DNA of 53,090 nt, taken from Chloroflexota bacterium (GTDB lineage: Bacteria > Chloroflexota > Limnocylindria > Limnocylindrales > CSP1-4). Of this stretch, positions 16,791 through 26,270 are shown piece by piece (position 1 is the stretch's first letter; the number at the start of each line of letters is the position of its first letter). The notes under the pieces were generated by a model. It was not told where the DNA came from. It saw only the letters and a list, made by a program, of their open reading frames with translations, and searched no databases. Where the stretch lies: NCBI GenBank assembly GCA_045804885.1, contig JBJMMH010000086.1, positions 1-53,090 on the forward strand, given 5' to 3'. The translations under genes and the position numbers were made by a program.

Positions 16791-18164
16791 ATGAGGCTCA
16801 AGCGATTTACCGCAGTGAGCGCCGCCGCGATGTTCGCGGTCGGCGCCTGCAGCACCGCAGCGTCGCCGTCAGCGTCGGCTCCGGCGTCCGTCGCGGCGCC
16901 GTCGGTCGCGGCGTCGGCAGCAGCCAGCGCATCGGCCGCGCCGAGCGCCGGCGAGGCCGTCATCCCGAACGTCGAGGACGGCGCCGAGATCGGCTTCTGG
17001 ACGTTCTATCTCTCGCCGACGTTCGATCCCTACATCAAGTCGACGATCGAACGGTTCGAGAAGACCTACCCGGGCGTCAAGGTCAACTGGGAGGACCACC
17101 AGGCGACGTTCCTCGACGACTACCGCAACGCGCTCGCCGCGGGCAACGCCCCGGACGTCGCGAACCTCTCGAACAACGAGGGCTGGGTCCGCGAGTTCGG
17201 CGAGAAGGGCCAGCTCCTGAGCATGACCGACAGCCTGCCTGCCGACGTCCAGGACGACTACTTCCCCGACCTGTTCAACGACTCGCTCGTCGAGAACAAG
17301 AGCTACCAGGTTCCCTGGTATCAGGCGGTGCCGGTCGAACTCGTCAACACGGATATCTTCACGGCCGCCGGCCTCAAGCTCGAGGACTTCCCCAAGACGT
17401 TCGACGGCATCCCGGCGCTGTGCCAGACGATCAAGGACAAGGCCGACAAGCTCTGCGACCTGCGGCTGACGGTCAACGACTACCTCGCCCAGATGGTCTA
17501 CGAGGGCGGCGTCGACGTCATCAGCGACGACGGCAAGAAGTTCACGTTCGACAGCGCCGACGGCGTCGCCTGGCTCCAGACCTACGTCGACATGGTCAAA
17601 GCCGGCACCGTCGACAAGACCCAGCTCACGACGGCCGATGACCGGACCGCGCTCGAGCTGTTCACGAGCGGCGAGGCGCCGTTCTACAACACCGGCCCGC
17701 AGCTCATCCGCGAGGTCAAGACGAGCAATCCCGACCTCTACAGCAAGCTGGCGATCGCTCCGTTCCCGATCGGGAAGTCGGGCGTCATCCAGCCGACCTC
17801 CATGGCCATCTCGGTCAAGAAGGACACGAAGTTCCCGAACGCTTCTCTTGCCCTGGCCGCGTTCTTCACGAACGCGATCAGCGAGGTGGAATTCAGCAAG
17901 ACGGTGGCGGTCTACCCGTCCGTGATGGCGGCCTACGACGACCCGTTCTTCACGGAGCCGGCGACGGCCATCGAGGACAGCGCCCGGCCGCTGGCGAAGG
18001 ACATCATCAGCAAAGAGAAGAACATCATGCCGACCATCCCCAAGAAGGCGGATGTCAACGCGATCGTCGCCAAGGCGGTCGAGGGCGCCATCTTCAACAA
18101 CGTCCCGGCGCAGCAGGCCCTGACGGACGCCGTCACGCAGGCCAACGCGCTCCTGGGCAGCTAG
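16791..18164 (+). CDS. Carbohydrate ABC transporter substrate-binding lipoprotein
   Basis: 457 aa. Lipobox MFAVGAC-S, Ala/Ser-rich linker, family-1 SBP body. SD GAGGAGGAG upstream. Confidence 0.9.
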   Translation: MRLKRFTAVSAAAMFAVGACSTAASPSASAPASVAAPSVAASAAASASAAPSAGEAVIPNVEDGAEIGFWTFYLSPTFDPYIKSTIERFEKTYPGVKVNWEDHQATFLDDYRNALAAGNAPDVANLSNNEGWVREFGEKGQLLSMTDSLPADVQDDYFPDLFNDSLVENKSYQVPWYQAVPVELVNTDIFTAAGLKLEDFPKTFDGIPALCQTIKDKADKLCDLRLTVNDYLAQMVYEGGVDVISDDGKKFTFDSADGVAWLQTYVDMVKAGTVDKTQLTTADDRTALELFTSGEAPFYNTGPQLIREVKTSNPDLYSKLAIAPFPIGKSGVIQPTSMAISVKKDTKFPNASLALAAFFTNAISEVEFSKTVAVYPSVMAAYDDPFFTEPATAIEDSARPLAKDIISKEKNIMPTIPKKADVNAIVAKAVEGAIFNNVPAQQALTDAVTQANALLGS

Positions 18165-18182
18165 CAAGAGACAGCCACTGAA

Positions 18183-18219
18183 GGTCCGGCCGTGCTCGTC
18201 CCCCAGGCGCGGCCGGACC
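18183..18219 (+). promoter_or_regulatory. Intercistronic stem-loop after the SBP gene
   Basis: Perfect 10-bp stem ggtccggccg / cggccggacc, extendable with G-U pairs. Sits between the SBP stop (18164) and the permease start (18239). Confidence 0.55.
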
Positions 18220-18238
18220 CTATCCTTCTGGCGCGACG

Positions 18239-19114
18239 ATGACCACCCGCATACGGCTGACGCCGTACCTGTTCCTCGCCCCGGCGCTGCTGCTGATCGC
18301 GGTCTTCGTCCTGTATCCGATCGTAAGCGTCGTCTACTACTCCTTCACGGACTTCTCGATCTCGACGCCACCCGAGTGGATCGGGCTGAAGAACTACGTG
18401 AAGCTCGTCGGCGACCCCACGTTCTGGCAGGCGCTGACTCACTCGGTCGTGTACCTGATCGTCACGCCGATCCTGATCGTGCTGTCGATCGGGCTCGCGA
18501 TCATCGTCAACCGGAGCCTCCGGGGGATCCACGTCTTCCGCGCTCTCTACTACATCCCCGCCGTCGCCGGCAGCATCGCCATCGGGATCTCATGGCGCTG
18601 GCTGTTCGACACCAACGGGTTCATCAACAGCGTCCTGCTGTCGCTCGGACTCATCGACGAGAAGATCCAGTGGCTCTCGGAGCCGACCGCCGTGCTGCCG
18701 ATCGCGATGCTGCTCACCGTCTGGGCCGGCGTCGGCTACTACTCAGTGATCTTCCTGGCAGGGCTCCAGAACATCCCCGAGGAGCTCTACGACGCGGCCC
18801 GCATCGACGGCTGCAACGACTTCCAGAAGCACCGCTACATCTCGGTGCCCGGGCTGCGGCCGCAGATCGTCTTCGTGTTCGTCATCTCCTCGCTCGCCGC
18901 GCTCAAGGTCTTCGATGAGATCTACGTCCTGACGAACAAGACCGGCGGCGTCCTCGACAGCGGGACGACGATCGTCTTCTACCTGTGGGAGCAGGCATTC
19001 CGGCTGACCCACGCGGGCTACGCGTCGGCGATCGCGATCGTCCTGCTGCTGCTCACTCTCGCGTTCTCGGTCGTCAACGTGCGCCTCCTCGAACGTCGGG
19101 CGGAGGCCGACTGA
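18239..19114 (+). CDS. Carbohydrate ABC transporter permease
   Basis: 291 aa, multi-TM. EAA motif YDAARIDGCNDFQKHRYISVPGLRP. Confidence 0.9.
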   Translation: MTTRIRLTPYLFLAPALLLIAVFVLYPIVSVVYYSFTDFSISTPPEWIGLKNYVKLVGDPTFWQALTHSVVYLIVTPILIVLSIGLAIIVNRSLRGIHVFRALYYIPAVAGSIAIGISWRWLFDTNGFINSVLLSLGLIDEKIQWLSEPTAVLPIAMLLTVWAGVGYYSVIFLAGLQNIPEELYDAARIDGCNDFQKHRYISVPGLRPQIVFVFVISSLAALKVFDEIYVLTNKTGGVLDSGTTIVFYLWEQAFRLTHAGYASAIAIVLLLLTLAFSVVNVRLLERRAEAD

Positions 19115-20022
19115 TGGCCGTGCGTGCCGTCGACGCTGCGACGGGCGCGGATGGCGGCGCCATCGCCCTCGAGCGGCCGCGGTCGCGGACTGCGCGGCCG
19201 CGGCATCGACTCAAGGCCGCGTTCTGGTACGCGGTGCTGATCTCGATCAGCGTCGTCACGGTCCTGCCCTTCGCGTGGATGCTGCTGACGTCGCTCAAAG
19301 GCCCGCAGGACCCGATCTTCTCGGTCCCGCCGCAGTTCCTGCCGGCCCACCCGACGCTCGCCAACTACGCGAAGGTCTTCGATACGCTGCCGGTCGTGAC
19401 GTTCTTCCGGAACTCGATCCTCGTGGCGTTGACCGTGACGGCGCTCAGCGTGCTCGTCACCTCGCTCGCCGCGTATCCCCTCGCGAAGATGCGGTTCCGT
19501 GGACGCGACGCAATCTTCTACCTGCTGCTCGCCACGTTGATCGTGCCGCTGCAGCTGACCTACATCCCCAGCTACGTCCTGGCGGTCAACGTCTTCCACT
19601 ACTACGACACGCTCGCAGCGCTGATCTTCCCGAACCTCGCCAGCGCCTTCAACATCTTCCTGCTTCGCCAGGCGTTCAAGGCCGTTCCCAACGAGTTGAT
19701 CGAGGCGGCCAGGATCGACGGTGCCGGCGAGTTCCGGATCTGGCGGTCGATCCTGCTCCCCGTCGTGCGGCCGTCGCTCGCGGCCGTCGCGATCTTCACG
19801 TTCGTCGTGTCGTGGAACGACTTCCTGTGGCCGTCGCTCATGCTCCACGACCGAAACGGAATGACGCTGCCGGTCGGGCTCGCTGCGCTGCAGGGCCTCT
19901 TCTCGTCGGACTTCCGATCGATCGCCGCGGGCGTGACGATCACCGTCGTGCCGATCCTCATCTTCTTCATCGTCTTCCAGCGGCAGTTCGTGCGCGGCCT
20001 GGCCGGGGCCGTGAAGGGGTGA
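19114..20022 (+). CDS. Carbohydrate ABC transporter permease
   Basis: ATG at 19114 shares one base with the upstream TGA (TGATG). EAA motif IEAARIDGAGEFRIWRSILLPVVRPS. The track ORF from 18985 overshoots. Confidence 0.9.
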   Translation: MAVRAVDAATGADGGAIALERPRSRTARPRHRLKAAFWYAVLISISVVTVLPFAWMLLTSLKGPQDPIFSVPPQFLPAHPTLANYAKVFDTLPVVTFFRNSILVALTVTALSVLVTSLAAYPLAKMRFRGRDAIFYLLLATLIVPLQLTYIPSYVLAVNVFHYYDTLAALIFPNLASAFNIFLLRQAFKAVPNELIEAARIDGAGEFRIWRSILLPVVRPSLAAVAIFTFVVSWNDFLWPSLMLHDRNGMTLPVGLAALQGLFSSDFRSIAAGVTITVVPILIFFIVFQRQFVRGLAGAVKG

Positions 20023-21692
20023 CCGAGGCCGGCCGGGCGGCGTCCGATGCCGGCGCGGAGACCGGGTCGCGACCCGCGGCCCGGGCCTCGTTCGCCGCCG
20101 AGGTCGCGCTGGGCGCCGTCATGCTCGCATTCGAGGGGACGACGCTCCCCGGCGACGTCGCCGCGCGGCTGGCGACCGCGCCATCGGCCGGTGTGACGCT
20201 GTTCCGATTCGCCAATGTCACGACGCCCAGCCAGGTCCGCGAGCTGACCGATGCCATCCGCGCGTCGTCGCAGGTGCCGCCGCTCATCGGCGCGGACCAG
20301 GAGGGCGGCCAGTTCCTCGCCCTCGGCGACGGGACAACGGCCTTCCCCGGGAACATGGCCCTCGGCGCCGCGGGCGATCCGGCGCTGACGGAGCGCGTCG
20401 GCCGGGCGATCGGGCTCGAGTGCCGGGCACTCGGCGTGAACCTCGTCTTCGGCCCCGTCTGCGACCTCGCTTCGAATCCGCGCAATCCCGCCATCGGGAT
20501 CCGGTCGTTCGGCGACGATCCGGCTGCAGTCGGGGAGCACGTCGGCGCGCTGGTCCGGGGCCTCCAATCGGCCGGCGTCGCGGCCGCGCTGAAGCACTTC
20601 CCGGGACTCGGCGACGTGGCCGACGATTCGCATCACGGCCTGCCCGCGCTCGCCCGCGACGCGGCGACACTCGCGGCGCGCGAGCTCGTGCCGTTCCGGG
20701 CCGGTATCGACGCCGGTGCGCGGGTCGTGATGTCGGCCCACCTGGCGCTGCCGGCGCTGACGGGCTCGCCGACGCTGCCGGCGACGCTCTCGCGACAGGT
20801 GATGACGGCGCTGCTCCGCGACGAGTTGGCGTTCGATGGGGTCACGATCACCGACGCGCTCGACATGCGGGCGCTCGACCAGGGCCCGAATCAGATCCTC
20901 GACGTCCTCGCAGCACTGGCCGCGGGCGTCGATCTGCTGCTCACCGCGCCCGACCCGATTGCGAGAGCACGGATCGAAGCCGGGCTCGCCCACGCGGCGG
21001 CGCTCGGTCTCCTCGACGCCGGCGAGCGAGACCGAGCGGCCGCGCGGGTCGACGCGCTCCGACGCTGGCTGGCCCCCTTCGACCGGCCATCGCTCGACGT
21101 CGTGGGCTCCTCAGGCCATCGTGAGCTCGCCGCCGACGCAGCCGCGCGGTCGCTGACGCTCGTCCGCGACGACGACGGGCTGCTGCCCCTCCGTCTGCGA
21201 CCGGGTGCCCGCATCGCCGCGATCCAGACGGAGCCGACCGACCAGACGCCGGCCGACACGAGCTCGACGGTTCGACCGGGCCTCGCCGCGGCGCTCCGCG
21301 ACCGGTTCTGTGGCGTCGACGAGCACGTCGTGGCCCACTCCCCGTCGGCTGCGGAGATCGCGGCGGTCCGCGAGGCGATCCGCGACCACGACGCGATCGT
21401 CGTGGGAACGACGGCGGCGATGCTCGAGCCGTCACAGGCGCGACTCGTCGACGCCGTCCTGTCGCTCGATCGCCCGACGGTCACCGTCGCGCTGCGGACG
21501 CCGTTCGATCTCGCGGCGTATCCGGCGGCTCGGTGTCACGTCGCGGCATACGGGATCCTGCCGCCCACGCTCGCTGCACTGGCCGACGGACTCGCCGGCG
21601 TGAAGGGCTTCCCAGGCCGGCTGCCGGCCGCGGTACCCGGGCTGTTCCCGACCGGGCACGCGCTCGGCGGTCGCGCGGTCGCTCGCCGATGA
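20019..21692 (+). CDS. nagZ: Glycoside hydrolase family 3 beta-N-acetylhexosaminidase (NagZ-like) with a C-terminal domain
   Basis: GTG at 20019 within a GTGA overlap with the permease stop. Motifs GADQEGGQF, KHFPGLGDVADDSHHGLP and nucleophile region VTITDALDM. The 805-aa track ORF from 19275 is an out-of-frame overlap artefact. Confidence 0.85.
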   Translation: MTEAGRAASDAGAETGSRPAARASFAAEVALGAVMLAFEGTTLPGDVAARLATAPSAGVTLFRFANVTTPSQVRELTDAIRASSQVPPLIGADQEGGQFLALGDGTTAFPGNMALGAAGDPALTERVGRAIGLECRALGVNLVFGPVCDLASNPRNPAIGIRSFGDDPAAVGEHVGALVRGLQSAGVAAALKHFPGLGDVADDSHHGLPALARDAATLAARELVPFRAGIDAGARVVMSAHLALPALTGSPTLPATLSRQVMTALLRDELAFDGVTITDALDMRALDQGPNQILDVLAALAAGVDLLLTAPDPIARARIEAGLAHAAALGLLDAGERDRAAARVDALRRWLAPFDRPSLDVVGSSGHRELAADAAARSLTLVRDDDGLLPLRLRPGARIAAIQTEPTDQTPADTSSTVRPGLAAALRDRFCGVDEHVVAHSPSAAEIAAVREAIRDHDAIVVGTTAAMLEPSQARLVDAVLSLDRPTVTVALRTPFDLAAYPAARCHVAAYGILPPTLAALADGLAGVKGFPGRLPAAVPGLFPTGHALGGRAVARR

Positions 21693-22774
21693 GCCTCGCG
21701 TCGGAGATTGCGGAACAGCCCGACGTCGCCGCCCGATTGCTCGGACCGGGCCGCGAGGCCATCGAGCGGATCGCCGACGCGATCGGCCCGCGCATCCGCG
21801 ACCGCGACGTCGATCACGTCGTCATCGCCGCCCGCGGCTCGAGCGACCACGCGGCGATCTACGCCCAGTACGTGTTCGGCGTCCGGCTGCGGCTGCCCGT
21901 CGCGCTGGCGACGCCCTCGCTGCTGTCGATCTATGGCGTCGTGCCGCGTTTCGACCGCTCGCTCGTCATCGGCATCTCGCAATCGGGTCGTTCGCCGGAC
22001 ATCGTCGGCGTCGTCGCGGCCGCGCAACAGCTGGGCGGTCCGACGATCGCGATCACGAACGACGCGACCTCGGAGCTGGCCGCGGCGGCCGAGCACGCGA
22101 TCGATCTGGCGGCCGGGCCGGAGCGGGCGGTGGCCGCGACGAAGACGTACACGGCCGAACTCGTCGCGATCGCAATCCTCGCGACCGCGCTCGAGGCGCG
22201 GCTGCGGCGGGAGGCGGACGCGGACGCGGCCGCGGCCACTGCGACGCGCGATCTCGCGGCCCTCCCCGCGGCCCTCCGCGAGGCGATCGCCACGGATCGC
22301 CAGGCCGATGCCGTCGCCCGCCACCTCGCCGCCGGCGGGCGCGACCGCCTGATCGTCGTCGGGCGGGGCTACGAGTACGCGACTGCCCGGGAGATCGCGC
22401 TGAAACTCAAGGAGCTCGCGCGCGTTGCGGCCGACCCATACTCGGCCGCCGACTTCCTCCACGGACCGCTCGCCCTCGCCGAGCCCGGCCACCCGATCCT
22501 CGTCGTCGCCCCATCGGGCGCGGCCGAGGCGGACATCGACGCGCTCCTGGCGCGGCTAGGGGAGCTCGGCGTCGAGCGCATCGTCCTGTCCGATCGCGAG
22601 GAGGCCGTCGCGTTGGGTCCCGTCGGCGTCCGCCTGCCGGCTGGCGTCGCCGAGTGGCTGATGCCGGTCGTGTCGGTCGTACCGGGCCAGATGCTCGCCC
22701 GGGATCTCGCGATCGCGCGCGGGCTCGACCCCGAGGCGCCGCGGTGGATCGGCAAGGTGACTCTCACGCGCTGA
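21689..22774 (+). CDS. Double-SIS-domain sugar-phosphate isomerase/deaminase (AgaS/NagB-II/GlmS-C-terminal-like)
   Basis: ATG at 21689 within an ATGA overlap. Motifs VIAARGSSDHAAIYAQYVF and GISQSGRSPDIV, plus a second SIS repeat. No glutaminase domain. Confidence 0.85.
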   Translation: MSLASEIAEQPDVAARLLGPGREAIERIADAIGPRIRDRDVDHVVIAARGSSDHAAIYAQYVFGVRLRLPVALATPSLLSIYGVVPRFDRSLVIGISQSGRSPDIVGVVAAAQQLGGPTIAITNDATSELAAAAEHAIDLAAGPERAVAATKTYTAELVAIAILATALEARLRREADADAAAATATRDLAALPAALREAIATDRQADAVARHLAAGGRDRLIVVGRGYEYATAREIALKLKELARVAADPYSAADFLHGPLALAEPGHPILVVAPSGAAEADIDALLARLGELGVERIVLSDREEAVALGPVGVRLPAGVAEWLMPVVSVVPGQMLARDLAIARGLDPEAPRWIGKVTLTR

Positions 22775-22838
22775 GTGGTCCCGCCGACTCCGCCATCCCG
22801 GATTCGGTAATGTCGAGGGCAACGCCTGCGAGGAGCTG

Positions 22839-24122
22839 ATGGACCTGCCCGCCCGCACCGATACCGCGATCATCGGCGCCGGACACAACGGCCTTGCCAT
22901 GAGCAATCTGCTCACGGTCGCCGGTCGCGATCACGTCGTCCTCGAGCGGCGCGAGGCGCTCGGCGGCGGCTGGCAGGACCGCTGGGACGGGTTCCGGCTC
23001 GTGTCGCCGAACTGGACGACGGGCTTCCCCGGCCAGCCCTTCGACGGCCCGGAGCCGGACGGCTTCATGCCTCGCGACGAGATCATCGCCACGGTCCGAC
23101 GCTATGCCGAGACGGTTCGCGCACCGGTCGCGACCCGGACTGAGGTCCGCCGTCTCGTCCCGCGCGATGACGGCTTCCTGCTCGAGACGAACGCGGGTCC
23201 GATCCGGGCTGGATCGGTCGTCGTCGCAGCCGGCGCGTTCCACCGGCCGAACATCCCGGAGGTGGCCTCTGCCCTTCCGGCCCGGGTCGCCCAGATCCAC
23301 TCCCACGACTACCGGCGTGAGGCGGACCTGCCGCCGGGCGGCGTGCTCGTCGTCGGTAGCGGCCAGACCGGCTGCCAGCTGGCCGAGGAGCTCCACGACG
23401 CCGGGCGGGAGGTGTACCTGTCGGTCGGGACGGCAGGCCGAGTGCCGCGACGATACCGCGGCCGAGACATCTTCCGCTGGCTCGAGGCGCTGGCATTCCG
23501 CGGCGCGGCCCACGGAGCGTCGCTCCCGACGCCGGAGCAGCTGCCGACGCCGGCGGCGCGATTCGCCGGCAACCCCTCGCTGTCGGGCCACAAGGGCGGC
23601 CACAGCACCGACCTCCGGGCGATGGCCGGATCCGGCATCAGGCTCGTGGGCCGGATTGACGCGGTTGAGGGCGAGCGGCTGGGGCTCGCGTCAGGCCTGT
23701 CGGCGACGCTCGAACGGATCGACGCGTTCTTCGCCGAGCGCTTCCAGCCACTGATCGAGAAGTTCATCGCGGGCTCGGGCGAGGATTGCCCGTTGGACGA
23801 CAACGAGTGGTCGTCGTTCCAGCCGCCGGAGCTCGATGAGCTCGATCTCGCCCGGGCCGGCATCGCCAGCGTCGTCTGGACGAGCGGCTTCCGGCCCGAT
23901 TACAGCTGGATCGACGCGCCGATCACCGACGACTTTGGCCTGCCGCGGACGCGCCACGGCGTCAGCGAGGTCCCGGGCCTCTACTTCGCGGGGGCGCTGT
24001 GGCAGACCAACCAGCTGTCGGCGACGCTTTTCGGGCCCCGCGTCGACGGCCACCATATCGCGGCGGCGATGGGCATCAAGCCGTCAGCTGACGAACCGGG
24101 CGAGGTCGAGGCCCCGGCGTGA
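22839..24122 (+). CDS. FAD/NAD(P)-binding flavin monooxygenase-like oxidoreductase (CzcO-like)
   Basis: 427 aa with two dinucleotide-binding motifs, IIGAGHNGLA and VVGSGQTGCQ. Confidence 0.8.
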   Translation: MDLPARTDTAIIGAGHNGLAMSNLLTVAGRDHVVLERREALGGGWQDRWDGFRLVSPNWTTGFPGQPFDGPEPDGFMPRDEIIATVRRYAETVRAPVATRTEVRRLVPRDDGFLLETNAGPIRAGSVVVAAGAFHRPNIPEVASALPARVAQIHSHDYRREADLPPGGVLVVGSGQTGCQLAEELHDAGREVYLSVGTAGRVPRRYRGRDIFRWLEALAFRGAAHGASLPTPEQLPTPAARFAGNPSLSGHKGGHSTDLRAMAGSGIRLVGRIDAVEGERLGLASGLSATLERIDAFFAERFQPLIEKFIAGSGEDCPLDDNEWSSFQPPELDELDLARAGIASVVWTSGFRPDYSWIDAPITDDFGLPRTRHGVSEVPGLYFAGALWQTNQLSATLFGPRVDGHHIAAAMGIKPSADEPGEVEAPA

Positions 24123-24125
24123 GAA

Positions 24126-24156
24126 GACCGGCGGCCGCGAAGCGCGGTCGCCGGTC
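24126..24156. terminator. Bidirectional hairpin terminator between convergent genes
   Basis: 14-bp stem (gaccggcggccgcg / cgcggtcgccggtc, one G-T wobble) with a 3-nt loop. Lies between stops at 24122 (+) and 24168 (-). No U-tract. Confidence 0.55.
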
Positions 24157-24167
24157 GATCGGTCGGG

Positions 24168-24416
24168 TCAGGCCCCCTGCTCGACCTCGTAGAGCGTGTG
24201 CGCCTCGAGGCCGTGGGCCTCGCGGTGAACTCGCGTCGCGGTCTCGCGGTCGGGCGCATCGACGAGGCAGAAGACCTTGCCGTTCTGCTCGTCGACCCAG
24301 TAATGCTTGTAGTCGACGCCGTACTTGCCCTGGACCTTGACGTCGGCCTCGTGGGCTCCCACCACGTCGCTCGCCTTGACGCCCGGGATGTCGTGGACGT
24401 CCATATATGTCGGCAC
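24168..24416 (-). CDS. DUF4242/SCO4226-like small protein
   Basis: 82 aa from the GTG at 24416 (GGAG 6 nt upstream). N-terminus VPTYMDVHDIPGVKASDV and overall size match my memory of the DUF4242 family (not searched). Confidence 0.6.
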   Translation of the reverse strand: MPTYMDVHDIPGVKASDVVGAHEADVKVQGKYGVDYKHYWVDEQNGKVFCLVDAPDRETATRVHREAHGLEAHTLYEVEQGA

Positions 24417-24617
24417 TGCAGTCTCCTTGTTGATCGCCCTCGCCGGGGCGTGACGGACTCTCCCCACGGCTGGTACGCGAGAGGACGCGCTGCGGTTTCC
24501 GCCGTGGTGGACCTCTCGGGATTATGCAACGCGGACAAAGATGAAACCGCGGGCCGATTCTGATCGCCTATTCTAGATAACGGCGACCGTCGCGTCGTCG
24601 GCTGGGAGGGACACGGC

Positions 24618-25100
24618 ATGAGCGGATCGGTTCGATGGATCTCGGTCGTGGCGCTGATCGGCGCCCTTGTAATAGCTGCGTCAGCGCCGGTCGCGGCCAA
24701 AGGCCCCACCCAGGTCGCGATCGTCTCGCACATGAACTTCAATCCGGACGGATTCAATTTCGGAACCTTCGACGCTTCCGGGCCGGCTGTCGATGAGGGC
24801 CTGATCTGCGCGTCCGGGACGGTTGACGACACCCGGCTGATCTTCGCCGGCTACCAGAGCGGCCGGTCGATCCAGATCCCCGTCCGCAAGACGTTCACCT
24901 GCCCCGACGGCCAGATCTTCATCAAGATCCAGGTCCACCTCGACCTTGGAAGCTCGACCGAGACGTTCAGTTGGGTCGTCCTGGGCGGTACCGGGGCCTA
25001 TGACGGGGTCGCCGGCAGCGGCCGGGGGACGACCGTGAGCGACGGCTCCGATCCCCAGACGGGCAACGTCAACACGTATTCCGGGTTCCTGGTGCCCTGA
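24618..25100 (+). CDS. Secreted hypothetical protein
   Basis: 160 aa. SD GGGAGGG. Signal peptide SVVALIGALVIAASAPVAA-KG. Looks beta-rich, with two Cys residues. Confidence 0.65.
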   Translation: MSGSVRWISVVALIGALVIAASAPVAAKGPTQVAIVSHMNFNPDGFNFGTFDASGPAVDEGLICASGTVDDTRLIFAGYQSGRSIQIPVRKTFTCPDGQIFIKIQVHLDLGSSTETFSWVVLGGTGAYDGVAGSGRGTTVSDGSDPQTGNVNTYSGFLVP

Positions 25101-25164
25101 ACCTCCGCGCGCGGGCCGGCCCTCGGGTCGACCCGCGTCTTCACCGCGTGATACAACCCCGGCC

Positions 25165-25680
25165 ATGGTCCTCATCGTGGGCTGGGGCGGCGGCGTCAGC
25201 CAGGATCTCGGCGAGGTCGCGCCGACGGTCTGTCCGCGTTGCCACAACGACGTCTTCCTCCACGAGATCCGCTCGAACAAGCAGATCAGCGTGTACTTCG
25301 TCCCGATCGTCCCCTACGACAGCAACGCGTACCTCGCCTGTCCGATCTGCCGTACCGGTGTCCAGTTGAAGCCGGAGCAGATGGGCGCGGCGGACCGGAT
25401 GCGGGCGACGACGCATCGGTTCCGCCAGCATCGCCTCGACGAGCCCGCCTACCGGGTCGCGGTCGAGCGGTTCTGGGCCGCCCTCGGCGTGGCGGCGTCA
25501 GGGGCCCAGGTGCTCCATCCGGCGCAGACCATCCCACCGCCGGTCGCCGGGGCGCCGGTCCCGCCCGCGCCCGCTCCATCCCTGGCCGATCAGCTCGCCG
25601 GCGTCGCGAAGCTCCATGCCGACGGGCTCCTGACCGACGACCAGTTCGCCGCCGCCAAGCGCCGGCTGCTCGACGCCTGA
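25165..25680 (+). CDS. Zinc-ribbon plus SHOCT-domain protein
   Basis: 171 aa. CPRC...CPIC four-Cys ribbon at the N-terminus, a Pro/Ala linker, and a C-terminal SHOCT-like LAGVAKLHADGLLTDDQFAAAKRRLL. Confidence 0.7.
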   Translation: MVLIVGWGGGVSQDLGEVAPTVCPRCHNDVFLHEIRSNKQISVYFVPIVPYDSNAYLACPICRTGVQLKPEQMGAADRMRATTHRFRQHRLDEPAYRVAVERFWAALGVAASGAQVLHPAQTIPPPVAGAPVPPAPAPSLADQLAGVAKLHADGLLTDDQFAAAKRRLLDA

Positions 25681-25689
25681 CTCGGCGGC

Positions 25690-25733
25690 GGATCGGCGCG
25701 GGATCGGCGCGGGATCGGCGCGGGATCGGCGCC
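25690..25733. repeat. Tandem repeat, 4 copies of the 11-mer ggatcggcgcg
   Basis: Read directly: ggatcggcgcg x3 then ggatcggcgcc. Intergenic, 10 nt after the stop at 25680 and 46 nt before the next start. Confidence 0.95.
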
Positions 25734-25779
25734 GCGGGCATACTCGTGGCTTCAACGATCCGCCACCGGAGGACGCCGC

Positions 25780-26205
25780 ATGGCGACGAAGACCGACTTC
25801 ACCGAGGACGAGTGGGCCGCACTCCAGAAGGGCATGACGGGGAGCGGCATGCTCGTCTCGCTCAGCGACCGCGACCTGACCGACTCGTTCGGCGAGGCCG
25901 GCGCCATGGGCAAGTTCCTGGCCGGCCAGCAGGTCGCGGCCGCAACCCCGCTGGTCCGCGAGCTGGCCAAGACCCACGGCACCGGTTTCGGGCTCACGGC
26001 TTCGCCTGACAAGGTCCGCGCGGAGACGATCAACGCGCTAAGGACATCGGTGACGACGCTCGGAGCGAAGGCGCCCGACGAGGTCGAGCCGTATCGGCAG
26101 CTCGTCCTCGGGCTCGCGACGGCCGTCGCCGAGGCGAAGGGCGGGGAGAAGCCGGTGGAGACCGCCATGATCGACGAGATCCGGGCGGCGCTCGGCGCGA
26201 GCTGA
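25780..26205 (+). CDS. Hypothetical cytoplasmic protein
   Basis: 141 aa. SD GGAGGA 7 nt upstream, good GC3 bias, helical-looking sequence. No motif I can name. Confidence 0.6.
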   Translation: MATKTDFTEDEWAALQKGMTGSGMLVSLSDRDLTDSFGEAGAMGKFLAGQQVAAATPLVRELAKTHGTGFGLTASPDKVRAETINALRTSVTTLGAKAPDEVEPYRQLVLGLATAVAEAKGGEKPVETAMIDEIRAALGAS

Positions 26206-26270
26206 TCATCGCCTCGCCGGTCCCGACGGCATACTTCGCGGGTCCGCCGCTACGCTGAGGAGGAGCGCCC

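Noticed and set aside
19275-21692. 805-aa ORF suggesting a large fusion protein upstream of the GH3 domain
   Set aside because: The first 248 codons overlap the permease gene in another frame and translate to Arg/Pro-rich sequence. GH3 homology starts only after the GTG at 20019, which overlaps the permease stop (GTGA). The same overshoot is seen for track ORFs 10635-11957, 15521-16726, 18985-20022, 21533-22774, 35493-37205, 46019-47731 and 49283-50809.
24417-24617. Possible riboswitch or structured leader in the 200-nt divergent region, with gcggtttc/gaaaccgc arms 43 nt apart and a cgcg-agagga-cgcg mini-hairpin
   Set aside because: The arms are short, the loop is long, and I recognise no known riboswitch core. 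Covariation analysis would be needed. It is mentioned only within the small-protein cluster finding.
25690-25733. Possible CRISPR array or mobile-element terminal repeat
   Set aside because: The units are only 11 nt and directly abutting with no spacers. There are no cas genes and no inverted partner elsewhere in the window. I treat it as a simple tandem repeat.
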